DNA from: Jimgerdemannia flammicorona
Taxonomy: Eukaryota
Length of the DNA stretch: 34,567 nucleotides
Assembly (NCBI GenBank): GCA_003990765.1
Contig: RBNJ01000273.1
Span: 1-34,567 of the forward strand
Direction: 5' to 3'
In this document: piece by piece, positions 24,131-34,567 of the stretch
Layout of the letters: every line of letters starts with the position of its first letter
Numbering within the stretch: the first letter of the stretch is position 1
The notes under the pieces: generated by a model
What the model was told of the DNA's origin: nothing
The model's database searches: none
What the model saw: only the letters and a program-made list of their open reading frames with translations
Translations under genes and position numbers: made by a program

Positions 24131-24540
24131 TCCAGTAGATCCAAAGCCTTATTATTCTCTCTTAGTCTTGATGATTTAATGGCTTCAGTGATCTTAGGCT
24201 TCTTGATTTCATAAATTAGTATCTGGCCAATTCTGTCATACTTCTTAACTTTGAATGGAGTGGTAGGGTTGTGATTTCTGATTATGAGGAAGATCTTGCC
24301 AGTATAATCAAGGTTAATTACTCTTCTTTCAACTGAGATTTTACTTTTGGCCAGACTGCTCCTGGTCTTGATAATTCCAGTATAGTTTTCTGGCAACTTG
24401 ACTCTAATTTCAGTGCTAAGTAGAGTGATGGTCTGGGGTTTGAGAATAGCATCTTGAATACTGATAAGGTCTATTCCTATAGCTTCTTCAGTCTTATATT
24501 CTGAGATTTTGGCTTCAGAGTAAAACTTCTTGACCTTGAG
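24131..24540 (-). pseudogene. dut: dUTPase domain of element 2, between protease and RT
   Basis: EAIGIDL, TRSSLAK, RVINLDYTGKI, DRIGQI, and GFGSTG after a frameshift. Confidence 0.92.
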
Positions 24541-24899
24541 AGTAATATCTGATTTTGTTCCTCCTCATCATTACTGTCAGCTTGAAGCTCTGGGGGCTGG
24601 TCATCTTCTTTAACTTTTCTTTTTGCTTCAGTAGCTTCTTGCTCATGCTTTTGTTAATAGATTTTTCTGACTTTACTGATATAGAACCAGCAGTCATTCA
24701 GGTGTTTGGAGCAGTGCATCCTAGTACCATGGGGGCATCTTCCTTGAGGAGTATAGCTATTAATAATCTTATTATACTACTGCTCATCTGTGAGCTTAGG
24801 TGTCTTACTTTTGTTCTTGTATACTGAGTGCTTAAAGACTTCTGTATCCTCTTCATCTCCTTTCTCTATATCTGATAGTACTTCTTTGTGAATATTGAT

Positions 24900-25270
24900 A
24901 GAGACTCATACCTTTCTTTCTCTATAGTTGATCTACATCTTTTGAGCATTGAGGTCAATGATAGTCTTAGCCTTGTAAAGCCATTAGTTGCTAATGAGGA
25001 TTTCATAGTTGATGGTACTTGTAACAATCATATCTACTGAGATGGTAGCTCATCCATTTTTGATGGAGACTTCTCAGATCTTGTCTAGAGAGATAGTATA
25101 TATGTACTATCTACTATAACATAGACTATTTTGATAGACTCTTTAATATTCTAGCCTAGGTGGTCAATTGCTTTCTTGCTCATGAGATATCCTCTAGTAC
25201 TAGTATCAATAATGATATCAAAGATACAATCTTCAATCTAACATAGGATATAGGCTGATGTCTTATAATG
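24900..25270 (-). pseudogene. Retroviral-type aspartic protease remnant of element 2
   Basis: DIIIDTSTRGYLMSKK..ILISN*WL. Confidence 0.75.
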
Positions 25271-25819
25271 GTCTTCAAATTCTTCACCTAAATCTTCTTG
25301 TTCATCTTCTTATGCATTGTGAGCTTCTATGATCTTGTACTCTTGGTTCTTGATAGTAGTTGCAACTCCTACTCTCAACTGCTGTCTGAAGGCAGAGACT
25401 TTGACTAGTTGACCAAAAGTAGCATTAATCTTCTATTCCTTAAGGTTCTTATAGATATTATACTGGTGGATTTTAGTCTTGTACAGCTTCTGTTCTTTCT
25501 TGCTTTTACTTTCTCCTAAGACTGGAGTAATACCTTTAATAATTTGACAGATAGCTTTATCTAACTCTATATCTTGATCAATATCCTCAGATTGGGTCTT
25601 ACTTTGGATAGTGATAGCTGGAGTTTTCTTTGGGTTTCTAACTGACTTGCTGTTGCTCTTCTTATTATAGGGCTTGGACCAGATTCTGGTACCTTCAGTA
25701 ATAGAGTAGAATTCAGACTTCTCATAGTATTTTTCATCATTAGTGTCACTAATCTCCTCAATGACTACTATATTGGTTTGTTCTCTAGTAGTATTGCTGG
25801 ATTGGACATTATGTCTTGT

Positions 25820-26695
25820 TTTGGTCATACAACTCTTTATATAGTGGCCTTCTTCTCTACATCTGAGGTATATGATATTGCACTCTTCTGTAGCAGCTGA
25901 AAATCTCTATACTGGTCTCCTATTGGTGCTTTGGACTTCTTTAACAACATCACTAAGATATACAGTCATCTTGGTAAACTACTTAGAAAGTTTCTCTACT
26001 GGATCAGCTTTGGCTATCTTGAAGATAGGTGGAGATAGTTGTCTGTTTATAACTATAGTAAGTATGATCCTGATTGGCTTTGATGACTTTATCTTGATAC
26101 CAGTTATTTTCTCTATTGAGTGTTTGGCAGAGTGTCTGGTAGTCTAATATCTCTATATAAAGACCACTTTCTGGTCAAGGGTCAGAGCAGCTGGGGTAGA
26201 TCAGATTACTAAGGTAATTTCAGGATGAATTCCTTTGAGAAAGGTTGAATTAGCTATTTGTTCCTTGAGGGCATCATCATAGCCAGCCAAGACAATCTGG
26301 TGGCAGATTTGGATATAGAATAAGTTGAGATCTTCACTGAGTTCCTGGTAGATAGTGTTGAGTTAATCCTTGAGAGCTTGCTTGATCTCTTCAGTATAGT
26401 ATATAGTTCTAAGAAAGGTCTTCATATTGACAAGTTTGGCTGTACCAGCATCAGCAATAGTAGCTATATTGAACTTGTCTCTAGTAGGTTCTCTAAGGCT
26501 GACAGGTAGAAGGGCTAATTGTGCATTCATGCTGAGAGCTTGTATAGTGGCAAATTGTTCAAAGTCTTCAATAAAGGTCAGAATTGACTCTTTAGTAGTA
26601 TATCTATAGAATGTGGAAGAAATATTTTTATCTTGTTTTGAATTCTTATAGGGGTGACTCTTGTAGTCAGGATAGTTATTGTAGTAGTTGTTCAT
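25820..26695 (-). pseudogene. gag: gag remnant of element 2 with CCHC zinc knuckle
   Basis: ORF 26363-26695 continues through stops to FLKGIHPEI. Knuckle Y(C)LRCREEGHYIKSC at ~25829-25870. Confidence 0.85.
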
Positions 26696-26734
26696 TTTTC
26701 AGCTTGAAAGTGAGGAATTCATCTTGAATCACCA

Positions 26735-26748
26735 GTCAATGGGTACTA
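26735..26748 (-). promoter_or_regulatory. Primer-binding site of element 2 (mutated)
   Basis: LTR end + ACT + TAGTACCC (TGG->TAG). The ACT spacer is the same as in element 1. Confidence 0.6.
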
Positions 26749-26751
26749 AGT

Positions 26752-27433
26752 TGTCATATAGTAGTCACTGAGTTCTTCAAATATGTCAGATTCTCTCCAA
26801 GGTATATCTCTTAGACTAACTATAAGTTTGTTATAAGTAAGTTCTTATTGGAATATCTTCCCAAGGTCTTATCTTTAAACTGTCTTGTTATCTCTTAGAT
26901 TGCTTGTATGTAATTGAGAGTAAGTGAACTAGAACTGACTTTATTTCAAAGAAAATAAGAGGGGTATTTATACAAAATATAATTCAATGGTTGCTAAGTT
27001 ATAAAGCTAAATATAAATTCCAATAACTAAATAAAATACTGGAACATAGAAAACTATAGTTATAAGTACAAATTCAAGTATCTGTACAAATGGTTGTACA
27101 AGTTTAGAATACTAGTAGATTTCAGTAGTATAGGAAAAAAGTACTTAAAGATTTTGGTGTTATAGAAAAAGGATACTAATAGAACTCAGTTATACAGAAA
27201 AAGGATATCAGAAGATTTTAGTATTACCAAGAACTTAAAGCAGAATGTTCAGGACCATGGAGGCTTCATCTTCATTGCTGCTAAAGGAGATGAGATCTAT
27301 GAATGTTTTGTCCATCTTGTCACATATATTATATATATCACATATGTCATGTGGAATGACATTATTGCTGATGACATCATTACATTTGGTGGCAGAGAAA
27401 GTAAGGAGATCTAGAGCTCTCCAATCTATAACA
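26752..27433 (-). repeat. 5' LTR of element 2, also serving as 3' LTR of a truncated upstream tandem copy
   Basis: Aligns to 19543-20242 with mostly transitions and one ~18-bp indel. Confidence 0.95.
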
Positions 27434-27710
27434 TTCTCTTCTACAAAATAAGAAACAAATGTGAGATCTTGGAGAGGTCTAACCTGGATACTGGGACCTT
27501 AGAATACTGAGATCAATTCTTATATAAACTGATCTAAATTGTTCTGATGGATGGGATACCAGAAGTTCTCTACTTCATCACTATTGAGGTGATAGTGGAC
27601 TGAGCCTCTGTGACCACCATGACCTCTAGTATATTGGTGTAGTAGACTGACAGTTCCTTGAAGTCTGAGATCCTAGTGTACTCCAAGTTTGGGATTGACT
27701 ATAATATAGT
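27434..27710 (-). mobile_element. Truncated second copy of element 2's internal 3' end (PPT + accessory ORF)
   Basis: Colinear match to 20243-20520, directly beyond the 5' LTR. Confidence 0.9.
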
Positions 27711-27712
27711 GC

Positions 27713-27925
27713 TCCAAATGGATGGAGTTGATCCAGATGAGGTTCGATTCAGATTCATCATATGATGGATTCAAATCAACTCGGATTGGTCTCGTGATCT
27801 GATCTGGATTGATCCAGATTGATCCAGATTGATCCATCCAGATTGATCCAGATTGGTCCATCTGGATTGGTCCATCTGGATTGGTCTATCTGGATTGGTC
27901 CATCTAGATTGATTCATCTGAATTG
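27713..27925. repeat. GGATT/GATCC-based minisatellite (gatccagatt, tccatctggattgg)
   Basis: Visible 10-14-bp tandem units. It begins where the LTR-element copy is cut off. Confidence 0.85.
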
Positions 27926-28154
27926 AAATCTTTAGTGATATCACCCTTTCTTTTGTTCATTTCACTCTCATTTTTTTTTTCCTGCCACACTTTGGTGATA
28001 TCACCCTTTCCTTTTGCTCCCTTTCTTCTTTTGTTCTTTTCTTTGTTCTTTTTCTTTGTTCTTTTTCTTTGTTCTTTCCTGCCACATCATGAGCAAACAA
28101 AACAGTAGCTCTTAATTTGTATGTTGGTCCAGTCTACTCATTTTTCACCCTGTA

Positions 28155-28600
28155 ATGATCATCAAAAGAGAGAGTATTCAAGGTGGAAATGCACTCTCTG
28201 CTGATAATGTTAGATTCTTTCTCATATGGACAGCACACAAGCTGCTCATCGAGAGCCAAAGGGGTGACAGCAGTAGTGGTGGCGATGGCAATGGCGATGG
28301 TGGGAATGAGGGAGAATTCCAGCAACAACTTATGATGGCCCTTCAGACCTCAGAATTCACAGATCTCACAGTTATGTATATGGCAGCCTTTTTGAAGCAG
28401 CTAATAGTAGATGTAGGTTGCTCACTTAGCCACTACTTGTTTACTTGTGTTTATTTAAACTTCCCCAGCATGACCCAATTCACCTCATGCTTTTCTTAGG
28501 GTCCACAGCTCTATGGCGAGATCTGCCAACTTTATTTGCAACATCTGGTCAAGATGAAGAAAGGCTGATGGACATTGCGGGGCATGCCTTTGGTGGCTGA
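28155..28600 (+). pseudogene. Possible spliced gene fragment of unknown function
   Basis: ORF ..EGEFQQQLMMALQTSEFTDLTVMYMAAFLKQLIVD, then a GTAGGT..CCCAG intron (28413-28468), then in-frame HDPIHLMLFLGSTALWRDLPTLFATSGQDEERLMDIAGHAFGG*. CpG is partly retained. Confidence 0.35.
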
Positions 28601-28849
28601 GCTGTTGAGTCAATGCATTGCATGGCAGAGGTCTCAAAAGGAACAGAAGCAAGCCTTTGTGAGCAATCTTATACAACTCGTGCAACTCATTAGCATGCAA
28701 CTCATCAGCATGCAACTCATTGGTATGCAGCTCACTCACTCACTCACTCATGCTCTTTTTCTGAAATACCCATCTCTGTGTTTTATTTAATTTCATTTTT
28801 ATGTGGTCTCCCTCTAAAAAAACACCCACACCTGTATACAACCCACTCA

Positions 28850-30390
28850 TACATAGTATAGAGTTTGAATACCCTTTATTTTGAAGTATAATTACTATAC
28901 AAACTCATTCAGCAAATATATATTAAAGTATATCTAGACCTTATTGATTTGAAGAATAATGAAGATATTAAAAAAATAGAGTAGTTTTCTATATAGAGTA
29001 GCATAGATAGTATTCTTGTTCTAAAACTCAGTAATAATAATATCTATCAGGACTTTCTCTATTTAGTATATATTCTATTTATAGAAAATTGGAATTTGGT
29101 CTAGAGAGAGTTTAGAGGACTAATCTATTCAATTCTTATTTTACTGTAGGCAGTATTGATAGCTCAGCAGTTAATGTTCAAGTTCTTTTATATTATCTTA
29201 GAGATCTTAGTAAGGTATACTCTTATCTTAAACATAATATTTGATAACTTAGGGGTGATTATATGATAGAGAGATAGATCTTTTAGACCTGAGTAATTGG
29301 TGTAAATACACTATATTCTAGGTTTAGAGCTTAGAACCCCTCTTAGTAGTTGGTACTTAGGGTATAGTTTCTGGAGCTAGAGGCTTACTAGTAGTGATCA
29401 GAGTGGTGGCTGTCCTATATTCTATTTTTCTGACTATAGTCTCTGAAGGAAGTTAAACTACAGTGGAAAATATTTCTATAATAACTTAGTTTAGCTATAT
29501 TACTATATTATATATAATAAGATAGTATTTCTGGTATTTGGTATCATCATAGAAGTGACAGATGAAGTCAGTACTAAAGAGATTACTATTAAACTTAGAG
29601 TCAGAGACTACTATATTACAAATAGAGATAAGAGCTGAGGACTATTTAGTAGTCTTGGCAAGCTCTATATAGTAATAGATCTGGATGTATTCAGTCTTAT
29701 AGAAACTGCTCCAGAGGGAGTCTTAGAGTTTTTTCACTAAAAGAAAAATGACAATATTATGGACTAGCTAATGATAGAGGTCTGCCCTGTCTAGGTATAG
29801 TTTGAGAATATAGAGAGTAATAGTGATCAGATAGAGAATATTATAGATTGCTCATTAGATATTAGCAAGAACCTTGTCTGCTTCTCTAGCAGTCTTGAAG
29901 AAGTCATCAGTAAAAGTCTTATCAATAACAGAGATGTAGAAAATACTACATCTTAGCTCAAGATTACAGCAGAGAAATTTTAGAGGCTAGCAGAGATAAG
30001 ATAGATCTTAATTCTATTCTGTGGGACCATATCCATGAAGGTAGTAGGGGGGTATTATATTGCTCAATAATCCTTATCTTGATAGTAGTGAGAAATTCCC
30101 TATCACCACTGTCATCATCATGGAGGTCTATTTCATTGGAGTTGTCTCTGAGGCCAGATGACTCATCTGCCCAATATTAGAAGAAAAGGATATCAATGAT
30201 ATATCAGTACTCCTGTCTATTTATAATCTCTAGATCTGGTGGAGGAGGGCAGAAGCTGACCACAACAGCCTCAGTAACCTGTCAAAGGAATTCAGCATGC
30301 TTGGCCTGAGCAACCTGGTCACATTGCTGTTGGATTTGGTCATTGTTCATAATCACACAGAAAAAAATAGTAGTTAGAGGGAAAAAAAAC
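28850..30390. mobile_element. Heavily mutated repeat debris, class unidentified
   Basis: No CpG and TpA-rich like the recognised TEs. Fragmentary minus-strand coding-like sequence (MNNDQIQQQCDQVAQAKHAEFL*QVTEAVV..). Confidence 0.35.
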
Positions 30391-30528
30391 GGCAAACTGC
30401 CAAAGCTTTCAAAATGGCTAAGGGACTCAGGGGGAGTTGAGATGTCTTTTATTACTATGTTTTGCAAATGTCTCATACATATGTCTTAGACAGATGAAAT
30501 TTCATGTATACACCATGTTTAAGATTTC

Positions 30529-30990
30529 AAATGCCCGAACGACTACAAATATAAATGGGCATATAGCATGTGCAGCGTGGCGTGAAAGCCTAAAAATGTC
30601 CGAACGACTGCAGATATAAACGGGCGCATACAGCATGTGCAGCGTGGAGCCACATTTTTTATTATCCATAGAAAAGGTCACGCTATTTTGCAACCTGAAC
30701 GATTATATACAACAAATTTGCATAAATGGGTATGGAGCATGTGCAGCGTGGAAACCACGGCCACATCGCAATTTTTCCATATCTCATGAATACTTTGTTA
30801 TTTATAAACGGCTAATATTCCCAAACAACTACGACAGATTTACAGATACAAACGGGCCACGATGCACATGCTGTATTGCTGTATGCCCGTTTGTTCGGAA
30901 AATTTGTCATGTGAAATATTGATTGATTGATTGCGATGTGACCCTTTTTTCGAATAATAAAAAATGGTGGCTTCCACATGCTGTATGTTA
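30529..30990. repeat. Cluster of direct and inverted ~35-55-bp repeats (core aaaygggc..agcatgtgcagcgtgg), fold-back/MITE-like
   Basis: Direct copies at 30529-30580, 30594-30647 and ~30695-30751, a partial copy at ~30820-30857, and inverted copies at ~30858-30900 and 30966-30987. Confidence 0.7.
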
Positions 30991-31278
30991 TACAAATCTC
31001 TCCACTTCTAGCCAGTCCAAATTGGAAAATGTAGTATCCTGCAGTAGCCCTATAATGGTGTGTTCATAGTGTGCTTTATCCAAACTATCCACAACCACGT
31101 CCTAGCAAAGAACTGAAAACGCTGGGGCAGCTTCGAGAAACTGGTGCCCCCGCGGTTAAAAAATCTCAATTCCGTGGCTGCGACGGTCTGTACTGGACAA
31201 CCTTTTTGGACTTCGTCGAAGAACGATTTAACGACGTGGAGGAGGAATTGCAAAGATTCAAGCTGGAGTTAAAGGCTA

Positions 31279-32272
31279 ATTTTTGTATCGCCTCATCGCT
31301 TCTCAACAAAGCCGCCGCCACCGCTATCCCTTGGAGCGAAACCAACAAGGACCTCTACGACGCGCTCCTCAACCCTTTCCGCGCTAATAATTTTGCCATT
31401 GGCGAGCTTACCGATCTCACCGAGAGGCTCTCGAGCTACTCCTCACCGAGGCAGACACCCTTTCCATACCCGAGCACGATATATTGCTGTGTGTCGTCGA
31501 CTGAGTCTGGGCGCGCAACGAGAACGCACCGTCAACTTCGGAGCGCCGTGCTGCTCTGCATGACATCAACGATATGGTTGCGTGGTATTAAGGCACGGTC
31601 CGGCTAGGAAATGGTGCGTCGCGCGCCTTGCTGCTCAAAATAATGAGTCACTTTAACCTCACGCTCATCTGCCCACACCAACTCAAGAGCATTGCGGAGG
31701 CAGTCGACACATTTGGAGGCGTATCCACACTATATGACCCTTTTTCCATCACGCTTGCTAGAACACCGTATGCACTACGGGTCATCCGTCCGCATATCGC
31801 CTCATTCTCCAATGAGATCGATCGAAAGTCGGTTCTCAAGTGGTCGTTTCGGAAGATGGCCAGGTTTGTGGAGCTTCCATCGGGGGCTTCGCCACAAACA
31901 GTACGCTTTACGTCCCCGAAACAATTTTTATAACGATCTATGCGAATGAGACATTGTAATTGAATAGCTTGGCCCCCAGGATGGCTGTGCGATTGGACTC
32001 ATTGGAGAGGAATTTACAAATTTTGATTGCGGTACGACACCCGGCCGTATACATGGAGTTTCCGTTCCTTCAATAACAACCATCATACATAAGATGGAAA
32101 AGAAGAAAAAAACTCAATTCCAATTACGGCAAATTTGAAAATGGCCATGTTGTCACCTTGCACATTGTAGCATAGCCATGTATTTTTGGCACATGTCTTT
32201 TATATTCACCTTAGTCGAAAAAAAATTGACACCTCCTGTTTCATCATTGGATTTTAATATTTAAAGTCTGGG
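31279..32272 (+). pseudogene. Frameshifted partial tandem duplicate of the BTB-SPRY gene, including 3' UTR
   Basis: 31279-32163 aligns to 33234-34135 (ASSLLN..PWSETN.DLYD.LLNPF; LLKxMSHFxLT). 32168-32272 aligns to 34357-34483. There are multiple frameshifts, and the BTB N-terminus and SPRY C-terminus are missing. Confidence 0.9.
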
Positions 32273-32780
32273 ATACACGTCGAACTCGAATGGCGGTTCA
32301 AAATACCCTGATCCATAAGCACTGGTGGTGCCGAACGGTTACATCTCCAATATACCGAAATTGTTTTTTGGCCATATTTTATTTGAGTTGATAATTATGA
32401 TCATAATTTTCAGCACATATACACATTCACTTTCGCTTTATCAGCATGTTACTCATATTATTTTCTTGATTGTTGGTTTCCATTGCTGCTAGAAATCAAT
32501 TTTTCAACAAAGAATATTTTCATGCGACAATACCAGGCAATATCACCATATTGGCAAATTTCCATGGCCCGGCGTTGGCATCCAGTTGGAGAGGAGAGAA
32601 TAGAGGTGTTGGAATTTTTGTATTAGAATGACGAACTTCTCATGCTAAAATTGTCAACCTGTAGCGCTGGCGGCATTGGACACTCCATTTTCAATTGCTG
32701 GGTCACAATTGTGTAACGCTGCGCCACGATCAAAATGAACGGAACTCCGAAATCACACCTCAATCATCTCTATTTCGAAC

Positions 32781-34279
32781 ATGATCGATAGTGGTCTTAG
32801 CCTCAAGGACGATATCGCCTCCATCTGGAAGGACCCAACCTACCACGATGTGACCATCGTCTGTGCTGACGGTGTCGAGCTGGGCGCATGCCGTGCCATA
32901 CTGGCTTCAAGGTTTGTCCGATTTTGATCCTGTTTAGTTGTGTCTGTCATTTTCACGACACTTTCCACACACTAAATTTTATATAATATCTTAAAAGGTG
33001 CCTAGTCTTCAAGGCGATGCTATATGGAAACATGCGAGAGGGTTCCTCTCGTCGCATCGTCCTCAACGACATAACCTCCGTGGTACTCAACATTGTCCTT
33101 GGCTTCATTCACACCGAAACCATCGAAAACACTGTCAATATTTCTATCGTGGTAGAAATATACCGCGCAGCAAGTTTTCTCCTCCTTCCAACACTCATGA
33201 AGATGGCGTTGGAGTGCACGCACGATCTCGCAGATTTTGGTGTCGCCTCATCGCTTCTCAACGAAGCTGTCACCACCATGCCCTGGAGCGAAACCAACGA
33301 GGACCTCTACGACGTGCTACTCAACCCCTTCAGTGCTCACAAGCTCGCCATCGGCGAGCTGACCAATCTCTCTGAAGAAGCCCTCGAGCTTCTCCTTACT
33401 GAGGCAGACACCTTTTCCACCTCCGAGCATGACCTGTTGCTGTGCGTCATCGACTGGGTCTGGGCACGCAACGAGAACACCCCATCGGCTTCGAATCGCC
33501 ATGCCGTTCTGTATAACATCAGCAATATGGTTGCGGGGTGCGATGGCACGATCAGGCTAGGAGATGGCACGTCGCGCGCCTTGCTGCTTAAAATGATGAG
33601 CCACTTTGATCTCACGCTTGTCTGCCCGCATCGGCTCAAGAGCATCGCGGAGGCGGTCGACACGTTTGCGGAAACCTCTCCACACTACATAGAATTTTGC
33701 CATAACGTCTGCAAGAACACCATATGCCCTACGGGTCATCCGTCCGAATGTCGCGAAAGGGAACGTGAAAATATCAACCTCCAGTGGGATCGATTGAAAA
33801 TCGGTTCTCGAGTGGTCGTTTCGGAAGACAGCCAGGTTGTAGAACTTTCGTCGGGAATTTCGCCACAGACCGCACGGCTTTCCGTCCCTGGGACGAAAGT
33901 TTACGACGATTTATGCGAATGGGACATTGTCATTGAATCACTGGGCCCTCACGGCAGCTGTGGAATTGGGCTCGTTGGAGAGGAATTCACACATTTTGAT
34001 AGTATCATGTTAAACCAGCAGTATGCATGGGGATTTCATTCCAACAGCAAAAACCATCACATATATGATGTAGAGAAACAGCTCAAGCTCAATTATGGCA
34101 AATCCATCGAAAATGGCGATGTTGTAACCTTGCATTTAAACCTAAATGACCATACCTGTTCCCTTTCAATCAACGGAGTCAATCACGGGACAGCCTGGAC
34201 CAATCTCCCGGACAAGTTGTACCCTGCCGTGACCTTGTGTGAACTAGGCAAGTGTCGGATAAAAAATCGTCGAGGCTGA
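32781..34279 (+). CDS. BTB/POZ (+BACK-like) and SPRY/B30.2 (ConA-like) domain protein, ~470 aa; exons 32781-32911 and 32998-34279
   Basis: Exon 1 MIDSGLSLKDDIASIWKDPTYHDVTIVCADGVELGACRAILASR joins via a GT..AG intron (32912-32997) in frame to CLVFKAMLYGNMRE, a BTB signature. C-terminal CEWDIVIE..GIGLV..AWGF..YGK..GDVVTLHLNL..SLSINGVNHGTAW..LYPAVTL is SPRY-like. Likely a Cullin3 adaptor. Confidence 0.9.
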
Positions 34280-34567
34280 ATGCTGATCTATCTGTTCTTA
34301 ACTTAGCCTCCTATCGTCCTGTACCAAAGCCTACGTTGTATTGTTCTGTGCTCTATGTAATATAGCCGTAGCCGTTTTTTTTTTTCTTTTTTCGCTCATG
34401 ACTTTTGTATTCACCTTAGTTGATAAATGTTAACAAAACATTTTCCTGTTTTATCATCAGATGTTTAATATTTAAGCTCTGGGTTGAAAATGACGTGCTA
34501 AATTACTTTCGCATTATACTTTTAACCAAGAATCAGCTCCAATCACAGTTCAAAATACCTTGCGCTG

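Larger units (their letters stand above)
19543..27433 (-). mobile_element. Degenerate Ty3/Gypsy LTR retrotransposon (element 2): LTR-PBS-gag-PR-dUTPase-RT-RH-IN-extra ORF-PPT-LTR, no chromodomain
   Basis: LTR pair 19543-20242 / 26752-27433 with TGTCATA...TATGACA termini. Domain remnants are in Gypsy order. Confidence 0.95.

Noticed and set aside
30529..30990. CRISPR-like repeat-spacer appearance
   Set aside because: The repeats are degenerate, unevenly spaced and in both orientations. There are no cas genes and the context is eukaryotic.

Overview
This is eukaryotic, most likely fungal, DNA. The intron style, the hAT/Gypsy types and a BTB-SPRY gene suggest an early-diverging Mucoromycota-type fungus (inference). 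Bases ~1-30,400 are a nested graveyard of decayed transposons, almost free of CpG and full of CpA/TpG->TpA stops. From left to right it holds a poly(A)-tailed element inserted in an LTR, a chromodomain Ty3/Gypsy element (1191-9664, minus), minisatellites, an intron-containing hAT transposase, an L1/Tx1-like LINE (13175-18993, plus), a second Gypsy element without a chromodomain (19543-27433, minus) with a truncated tandem copy sharing its LTR, and unidentifiable debris. After a sharp boundary near 30.4-30.5 kb, CpG is normal. That part has a fold-back repeat cluster, a chimeric pseudogene copy and an intact 2-exon BTB/POZ-(BACK-like)-SPRY gene. Main discovery: the two differently built Gypsy elements both carry (i) a dUTPase, at different positions (NC-dUT-PR versus PR-dUT-RT), and (ii) a homologous, unrecognised ~270-codon extra ORF between integrase and the 3' LTR, which in element 2 runs through the PPT into U3. 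They also share LTR core motifs. All translations and alignments were done by hand on degenerate sequence.
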